Translations under genes and position numbers: made by a program
DNA from: Microcystaceae cyanobacterium
GTDB lineage: Bacteria; Cyanobacteriota; Cyanobacteriia; Cyanobacteriales; Microcystaceae
Reading direction: 5' to 3'
Length of the DNA: 14,818 nucleotides
Assembly (NCBI GenBank): GCA_041746575.1
Contig: JBGTGT010000079.1
Coordinates: forward strand, 1-14,818
In this document: one piece after another, positions 9,230 through 14,818 of the stretch
Position numbering within the stretch: position 1 is the stretch's first letter
Layout of the letters: every line of letters starts with the position of its first letter
The notes under the pieces: generated by a model
Databases searched by the model: none
The model's input: only the letters and a program-made list of their open reading frames with translations
What the model was told of the DNA's origin: nothing

Positions 9230-10714
9230 ATGACTAGCACGTTAGATAAGTCCGCCCTTTCTCCCTCTTTTTCCCGTGAAGATTGGCTGAAAGGTTACCA
9301 ATCCCAACCGAATGAATACAATTACTGGATAGAAGACATTGAAGGGGAAATTCCCTCTAATTTACGGGGAACACTCTTTCGTAATGGGCCGGGGTTACTA
9401 GATATTCAGGGTATTCCCTTAAATCACCCCTTTGATGGTGATGGTATGGTGTCAGCAATATCCTTTACCGGAAACGGGAAGGTACACTTCCAAAATCGCT
9501 TTGTGCGAACTGAAGGTTATGTTGCTGAACAAAACAGTGGCAAAATGCTTTATCGGGGGGTTTTTGGGACTCAAAAGCCCGGTGGCTGGTTAAATAACCT
9601 ATTTGATGTAAAAGTAAAAAATATCGCTAACACCAATGTTATTTATTGGGGAAATAAGTTATTAGCCCTCTGGGAGGCGGCACGTCCTTATCGTTTGAAC
9701 CCTGCCACCTTAGAAACGGAGGAAATTGAAAGTTTTGCTGGATTATTAGAGGAAGGGGATTCGATTTCCGCCCATCCTTGGGTTGATCCCTGTGCGCCGT
9801 GGGATCAGAGTAAGCCTTGTTTGGTAAATTTTTCGGTAAAACCCGGAATTTCTAGCAAGATTACTATTTATGAGTTTGATACGTCCGGAAAACTATGTTG
9901 TCAACATAGTCACAGTGTACCGGGGTTTTCTTTTATGCATGATTTTGCGATTACGTCCAATTATTGTCTCTTTTTGCAGAATTCTGTGACTTTTAATCCT
10001 TTGCCTTTTATTCTAGGTTTACGAGGGGCGGGGGAATGTGTGCATTTTGCTGAAAATGCACTGTCAAAATTGATTATTGTTAGTCGTAAACCTCCTTATG
10101 ACCAAATAATTATATCGGATGTGGATGCTGGCTTTGTTTTTCACCATGCCAATGCCTTTGAAGTCGGAAACCATTTGTATTTAGATTCCATTTGCTATCC
10201 AACCTTAACGCAAATTCGCCCCGGTGAAAGTTATCAGGATACGGATTTTAGTCAGGTTGCTCCCGGACAATTATGGCGATTTACTGTTAATTTGAGCGAT
10301 AAAATAGTGGAGAAACAGCTTATAGAGCCTCGTCCTTGCGAATTTCCCACTTTACATCCCGATAAGGTGGGTCGTCCTTATCGTTATCTCTACATCGGGG
10401 CAACTGATCATTCTCGCCAAAATGCCCCTCTTCAGGCTATTTTAAAACTGGATTTAGAAACGGGCGATCGCTTTTTACATTCTTTTGCGCCACGAGGATT
10501 TGCGGGAGAACCCGTTTTTGTGCCGAAACCTGACGCTCATGCTGAAGACGACGGATGGCTACTGGTATTGAAATACGACGCCCAATACCATCGCAGTGAT
10601 CTGGTGATTTTAGACGCAAAACAGATTGAAGAATCCCCCATTGCCGTTTTACACTTAAAAAATCATATTCCTTACGGTTTACACGGCAACTGGACTGAAA
10701 ATTGCTTTATTTAG
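9230..10714 (+). CDS. Carotenoid cleavage oxygenase (apocarotenoid-15,15'-oxygenase-like, RPE65 family)
   Basis: GTLFRNGPG, HPFDGDG, NIANTNV, EFP and GEPVFVP motifs, plus four Fe-ligand His contexts (SAHP, FMHDF, FHHAN, GLHG). Confidence 0.93.
   Translation: MTSTLDKSALSPSFSREDWLKGYQSQPNEYNYWIEDIEGEIPSNLRGTLFRNGPGLLDIQGIPLNHPFDGDGMVSAISFTGNGKVHFQNRFVRTEGYVAEQNSGKMLYRGVFGTQKPGGWLNNLFDVKVKNIANTNVIYWGNKLLALWEAARPYRLNPATLETEEIESFAGLLEEGDSISAHPWVDPCAPWDQSKPCLVNFSVKPGISSKITIYEFDTSGKLCCQHSHSVPGFSFMHDFAITSNYCLFLQNSVTFNPLPFILGLRGAGECVHFAENALSKLIIVSRKPPYDQIIISDVDAGFVFHHANAFEVGNHLYLDSICYPTLTQIRPGESYQDTDFSQVAPGQLWRFTVNLSDKIVEKQLIEPRPCEFPTLHPDKVGRPYRYLYIGATDHSRQNAPLQAILKLDLETGDRFLHSFAPRGFAGEPVFVPKPDAHAEDDGWLLVLKYDAQYHRSDLVILDAKQIEESPIAVLHLKNHIPYGLHGNWTENCFI
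10464..10471. repeat. HIP1 octamer GCGATCGC
   Basis: Exact palindrome; a common cyanobacterial repeat. Confidence 0.9.
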
Positions 10715-10722
10715 CTTACTTG

Positions 10723-10752
10723 GGTAGAGATACTTGCCAAAATGTCTCTACC
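10723..10752. repeat. GTAG-type REP-like hairpin just after the oxygenase stop; possible 3' stabiliser or terminator
   Basis: GGTAGAGATA-N10-TGTCTCTACC, a 10-bp stem with one G-T pair, resembling cyanobacterial GTAGAGAC...GTCTCTAC repeats. Confidence 0.65.
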
Positions 10753-10901
10753 GTGTCAAGTACATAAAATTAATTGATAAAAAAAGTAAAATTATATTTG
10801 TATTTTTAAACATTATTTCTTTGAATCTACAGCTCAAAATCAGCGAAAAAGTAGCAAAATTTCGGAATTTAAAAAAGATCTGTATGACGAGAAAATAGGG
10901 G

Positions 10902-10931
10902 TTGACAAGCCCATACTACTAAACGTAAAAT
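10902..10931 (+). promoter_or_regulatory. Candidate sigma70-type promoter with no downstream plus-strand CDS
   Basis: TTGACA (10902-10907), 18-nt spacer, TAAAAT (10926-10931). Confidence 0.4.
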
Positions 10932-11083
10932 AAGAACAATTTTAAAATATATGGTGGTTTCCCCGTGTCAATTTTTATGAGTGCAAAACAAAATTGAGCC
11001 TTTCTTAAATATTTGGGGTACCTCATAATCGCGTTGCACCTTTAGGTGGACAGCCGAGCTAACTGAGTCATCGACGGGTAACA

Positions 11084-11848
11084 TTACAAATTAAATGGCT
11101 GTAATGAAGCTTCAATTAAGGATGGCAACGTTTTTTGTAACTCACTATTGTTTTTGAACGATAATCGTCGATGTGTCGGTATATCAAAAGGAAATTGACC
11201 CTGAAAATCGCTTCTTTCCATATTTAATAATAAAATCTGACCCGGACGTTTACATTGTATGGCATATCCCATTTCTGCACAAACCGCAGAACTGAGCAGA
11301 AGGTGGGGTGTTTCTTCAGGAGTCACCTGAGAAATCGGCGTACCATCGGCGATATAAAGCAGACTTTTGCGAATTTTCCGCAGTTGACTGTCACTGAGGC
11401 GAAGCGGCGTATTTAGTGGACGGGAAGCTTCTTCTAGCCTGAGGAGTAAACGAGAACGCTGATTAATCTTTTCGAGGGTTTCTGTTAAAATCGCCCGAAT
11501 CGAAGTGGAAGCAGAAGTATATTCAACCTGAGAACTGAAATAAATCACAGGATCAAGGTTTGCCGTGATATCCTGCTTGTCGAAGTAAATTTCGTGAGAA
11601 ATTAAATCAATATTAGCGATCGTATAACCGCCACTGCCTTCAATATAAAAATCGACGGTTTGTCCTTCTAAGTAACGCTGAAACCAGAGAGATGTTTCAA
11701 CCTCGGCACCATCGTCTAAAAAGTCAGCCCTTAACCCCGATTTTAAGAGACTATTACGACTGAGGCGCAAATCTTGGGGACGTTTAACCACTTCCCGAAT
11801 GGGTTCATATTTCTCTAAATACCAAGCTTTGAGAGGGATAATGGCCAT
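11084..11848 (-). CDS. Hypothetical protein with possible nucleoside-deoxyribosyltransferase/TIR-like C-terminal domain
   Basis: 254-aa ORF. KIRKSLLYIADGTP...AVCAEMGYA resembles the KI...IFIADVT...NV..ELGYA pattern. Confidence 0.7.
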   Translation of the reverse strand: MAIIPLKAWYLEKYEPIREVVKRPQDLRLSRNSLLKSGLRADFLDDGAEVETSLWFQRYLEGQTVDFYIEGSGGYTIANIDLISHEIYFDKQDITANLDPVIYFSSQVEYTSASTSIRAILTETLEKINQRSRLLLRLEEASRPLNTPLRLSDSQLRKIRKSLLYIADGTPISQVTPEETPHLLLSSAVCAEMGYAIQCKRPGQILLLNMERSDFQGQFPFDIPTHRRLSFKNNSELQKTLPSLIEASLQPFNL

Positions 11849-11890
11849 TTTTTACCCGTCCCTTGTGAAATAAATTTTATGCTATCTATT

Positions 11891-12238
11891 TTAGCAATAT
11901 TGCTGAATATCTTCACCACAGTCATCGGCAAGATAACATAATGCCCGAAAACGGAGAAAAACAAATTCTTCATAAAGAGGGTTAAGTTTGCACAGGGGAG
12001 GAATCGTGAGAATTTTGTAATCCAATAGAGTAATCGTACGAGCAAAAGGACATTGTGCCGGAATTAAGCGACAAATCCGATGAGCAAGAGTGGGATTATT
12101 GATAGTTAATTCATCGCACCAACGACGGATAGGGCGCAAAAAATTAGAAATTTGCAAGAAATCAATTTTGGGTTGAAAAAAAGAGGAAATTGTCCCTTGA
12201 TTAATGATCGGTTTAACGTTTATTGCAGAAATATTCAT
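11891..12238 (-). CDS. Mo-dependent nitrogenase C-terminal-domain (Mo-nitro_C) family protein, function unknown
   Basis: ICRLIPAQCPF.R...IPPLCKLNPLYE...LRFRALCYLAD.CGEDI..YC signature. Confidence 0.85.
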   Translation of the reverse strand: MNISAINVKPIINQGTISSFFQPKIDFLQISNFLRPIRRWCDELTINNPTLAHRICRLIPAQCPFARTITLLDYKILTIPPLCKLNPLYEEFVFLRFRALCYLADDCGEDIQQYC

Positions 12239-12465
12239 GATAATTGACCTAAGCGAGTGAGTGTTTTGCTAAAGAGAACTACACTGAGGCTGTCAGATTT
12301 TCCGAAGGTTTGATCATTTGGTAACATTCGACCCTTGCCCCATCTTAATCGTTCCCTAATTCTCCAAAAAGGACGTGGGGAAAATTACTCAATTTATAAG
12401 AAATATTAAGACCATCGATCAGAGATAGCACGGAAACGAGCCAGGATACTTAACTTATTCAAGAT

Positions 12466-13278
12466 TTATTCAATGCCTTCAGGTGCTTTTACGCTCAAAT
12501 TGCCCTGAGCATCCGTAGTAATTTGACCGCCTAATGCTCGAATTTCTGTTAAAGCGCGTCGAATTGTTCTTTCATCGGATGTACTTGAGATGACCATCGT
12601 CCATGCGCCAATTTGAGCGACCTTACTACTCGGATGATTTTCTAAAAATTGAGCCGTTTGGCGAACACGCTGGGCCGTTTGTTGAGCTTTGGGTGTATTA
12701 TATTGATCTGCCCACTGACCGGCCATCAAATAGGAGCGATGGGCGGCTTGGGAATCTCCCATAAATAATAATTCGTTGACACCTTTTCCCATCCAAAGAT
12801 AATAAGGTTCGATGTTATTGCCCTTCATTTTGGCAGGAATAACGGCTAAACTTTTTTCATAGGATTTAATAGATGTCTGTGGATCTCCCCCAAAGATAGA
12901 TGTTCCTGCATCGAGCTTAATAAGCGCATCTACAAAACGAGGATCTTTATCAACCACGGCGGTCATATAATCAGAAGAAAGAACATAACCCGTTGCTTCT
13001 CTTCCTTCAAGATCGCCAAAATACTGAATATATTGTAGGTATAACCAATCAGCAATGATATTACGAAATCCTAACGATGGAATGTTTTTGATAAGTTGTA
13101 GTCGCAGTTTTTCCGCTTCTTCCTGTATCAAATAATCGGCTTTTGTGAAGGCCGTCTCTTGAGGTTTCATCTGATGTTGTTGAAGACGAATAATGCCCAA
13201 AAGACAGGCTAAAATTAAACCACCACTGGCGAGGAAACGATACGTAGTAGGGGTCAGTTTCAGCATACCTTGATTCAT
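12466..13278 (-). CDS. Membrane-anchored, helical cyanobacterial hypothetical protein
   Basis: N-terminal hydrophobic segment, PSLGFRNIIADWLYLQYIQYFGD...TGY, DPRF and AQIGAW motifs. Confidence 0.75.
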   Translation of the reverse strand: MNQGMLKLTPTTYRFLASGGLILACLLGIIRLQQHQMKPQETAFTKADYLIQEEAEKLRLQLIKNIPSLGFRNIIADWLYLQYIQYFGDLEGREATGYVLSSDYMTAVVDKDPRFVDALIKLDAGTSIFGGDPQTSIKSYEKSLAVIPAKMKGNNIEPYYLWMGKGVNELLFMGDSQAAHRSYLMAGQWADQYNTPKAQQTAQRVRQTAQFLENHPSSKVAQIGAWTMVISSTSDERTIRRALTEIRALGGQITTDAQGNLSVKAPEGIE

Positions 13279-13361
13279 CCCAATTCTCTGTTTCTATTAT
13301 GCCCTAAATATCTGTCAAATTGGAGGTGAGACACAAGAGGGGAAACGCAATGGGTTACGAA

Positions 13362-14279
13362 TTACCCAAAATGAGTCGTTAACCATCCTAAGAGATGAGA
13401 ATTAAAGATTTCTGGGCATTCATCATGGGGACAATGACCGACATTCTTTAATTCGATGAATTGAAGTTGAGGGTTTAACCGAGCAAATTGGGGAGCCAAA
13501 AAAGCCGGTACCATGCGATCCTTTTGACCCCAAATTAGAAGAATGGGTAAGTCTAAATGCGGTAATAGGTCTTTGACCGCTCTAGCAAAGTCAGGTCGAA
13601 TAACTGAGCGAAATATAGCATTAAATGCTTTTTCAGCGTCTTTTTCTTGGGCTGGAGCGGACAAGATATTGACCAGTTCATCATCCACAACTGTTTTATT
13701 TTCGTAGGCAATTCCTGCCCAACGACGAATAATCGCAGGTTGGCGCACAAAATAAAATAAAAGGGGTAATAAGCCGGATACAGCAAACAAATTCTCAATT
13801 CTTCTAACGATAGGCTCTACAAACTTAGGTAACATCTCTTGACGGGCGTTCACGTCAGGTAAACTCAGCATCACCAGTCCCTGCACCATCTCAGGATGAG
13901 TTGCGGCAGCAGTTAAACTCACAAGAGAGCCAATCGAATTACCCACTAACACGACAGGACAACCAATCACCGTGCGCCAAAAATCATAAACTTGCTCAAC
14001 CCACAGATTGAGGGTGTAGAGGGTAGCCGCTTTTTGAGATCCGCCAAATCCTAGAAGATCAAGGGCGTAAACGGCTGAATACTGACTTAAAAAAGAAATA
14101 TTGTGGCGCCAATGTTCAATGGAAGCTCCAAAACCATGCAGAAGGACAATAGGAGGCTTGCTTATCGAATTTTCCGCAGAATTGAGGGTAAAACTATAAC
14201 GAATAATCCATCCTCGCCAAATCCAATCCCGTTGACGGCCAATTCGACTTTGCCAATGGGAAACGGTAACTGTCTGCAT
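13362..14279 (-). CDS. Alpha/beta fold hydrolase
   Basis: LLHGFGAS..HW, DLLGFG, nucleophile elbow GNSIG, WGQKD and GHCPHDE. Confidence 0.92.
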   Translation of the reverse strand: MQTVTVSHWQSRIGRQRDWIWRGWIIRYSFTLNSAENSISKPPIVLLHGFGASIEHWRHNISFLSQYSAVYALDLLGFGGSQKAATLYTLNLWVEQVYDFWRTVIGCPVVLVGNSIGSLVSLTAAATHPEMVQGLVMLSLPDVNARQEMLPKFVEPIVRRIENLFAVSGLLPLLFYFVRQPAIIRRWAGIAYENKTVVDDELVNILSAPAQEKDAEKAFNAIFRSVIRPDFARAVKDLLPHLDLPILLIWGQKDRMVPAFLAPQFARLNPQLQFIELKNVGHCPHDECPEIFNSHLLGWLTTHFG

Positions 14280-14467
14280 AGTAAATTTTAAGTAGCTTTA
14301 ATATTTTTCAGGATAACTCAGTCAGGGAAAGGTGTGTAGTTCGGACTTTTATCTTGGGAAGGATAAGGTTCGAGGAAACGTCTTGAACAGTGAAAGGAAA
14401 AATTGCCCTCTTGTCAACAAAAGCGAAAGAATTCAGTAAAATTACCCGTGAGATAATACCTTATGTA

Positions 14468-14684
14468 TTAACTATAAATTACGGTTAGGACAATTTCACC
14501 TTCACCAACTTCTTTCATCTTGGCTTCAAAGTCTTTAAAGCGATCGCTACTGAGGACAATACAACCGAGGCTACCCTCTACATTGGCATCCCGATGAATC
14601 CCAAAATCTCCCCGATGACCGCCTTTATCGGTTTTGACATCAAAGGGTAGAATTTTATAAAAATTCCCTTCAACGCCCTTTAAC
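14468..14684 (-). pseudogene. 3' part of a YkuD/Tlde1-like (L,D-transpeptidase fold) gene truncated by the adjacent element
   Basis: Manual translation: KGVEGNFYKILPFDVKTDKGGHRGDFGIHRDANVEGSLGCIVLSSDRFKDFEAKMKEVGEGEIVLTVIYS*. It has an H...SxGC motif, and no ATG start lies upstream before the frame closes inside the element. Confidence 0.7.
14540..14547. repeat. HIP1 octamer GCGATCGC
   Basis: Exact palindrome. Confidence 0.9.
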
Positions 14685-14818
14685 TTTTGAGGGGTTCGGG
14701 GAGCTATAAGTCCCGCGCTGTACCTGAAAGGTCAGCGTCGGGATACATGGACTCCCCGCGTCGATTAAGGGGTTCAATGCCCCGAAAATCGACATACTAT
14801 CTATTAGTTCTAACAAAA
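14685..14818 (+). mobile_element. Probable left end of an IS200/IS605-family element, continuing beyond the window
   Basis: Imperfect hairpin TCCCG-CGCTG-T-ACCT-GAA-AGGT-CAGCG-T-CGGGA (14711-14743), preceded by TAAG and followed by TACA, as in the IS608 left end (AAAG-hairpin-GGGATACA). Candidate target tetranucleotide TAAC at 14681-14684. The junction is uncertain by about 2 nt. Confidence 0.65.

Noticed and set aside
11021..11080. Purine riboswitch (CATAATCGCGT resembles the start of the xpt aptamer)
   Set aside because: The GATATGG, TTTCTACC and CCGTAAA core motifs are absent, and no downstream gene lies on this strand.
11891..12238. Nitrogenase subunit or nif cluster
   Set aside because: Only the small Mo-nitro_C domain is present, with no NifH/D/K motifs in the window.
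1285..14291. Short ORFs 1285-1554, 2834-3040, 5620-5886, 6958-7149, 7978-8211, 8841-9080, 10437-10619, 11815-12045, 13553-13798 and 14103-14291
   Set aside because: All overlap well-supported genes in antisense or alternate frames and show no recognisable motifs.
1..14818. CRISPR array, tRNA or rRNA genes
   Set aside because: No regularly spaced direct repeats, cloverleaf or rRNA-like sequence was seen in the intergenic regions.

Overview
AT-rich cyanobacterial chromosomal window (HIP1 octamers, cyanobacteria-type gene families). From left to right it holds: a frameshifted IS5-like (DDE_Tnp_4-type) element; a four-gene glycan-modification cassette (divergent MurB-like flavoprotein and polysaccharide pyruvyltransferase on the minus strand, HpsE-like GT2 and a GT-B-like protein on the plus strand); a DUF2993 protein; a disrupted hypothetical gene; a folate-biopterin transporter; a carotenoid cleavage oxygenase followed by a REP-like hairpin; and four minus-strand genes (hypothetical with an NDT/TIR-like C-terminus, Mo-nitro_C-domain protein, membrane-anchored hypothetical, alpha/beta hydrolase). 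At the right edge an unannotated YkuD/Tlde1-like gene is cut by the left end of an IS200/IS605-family element. The best candidate for a new system is the pyruvyltransferase + MurB-like pair, which could install lactyl (1-carboxyethyl) ethers on a secreted or surface polysaccharide. All family assignments come from motif recognition by eye, not from database searches.
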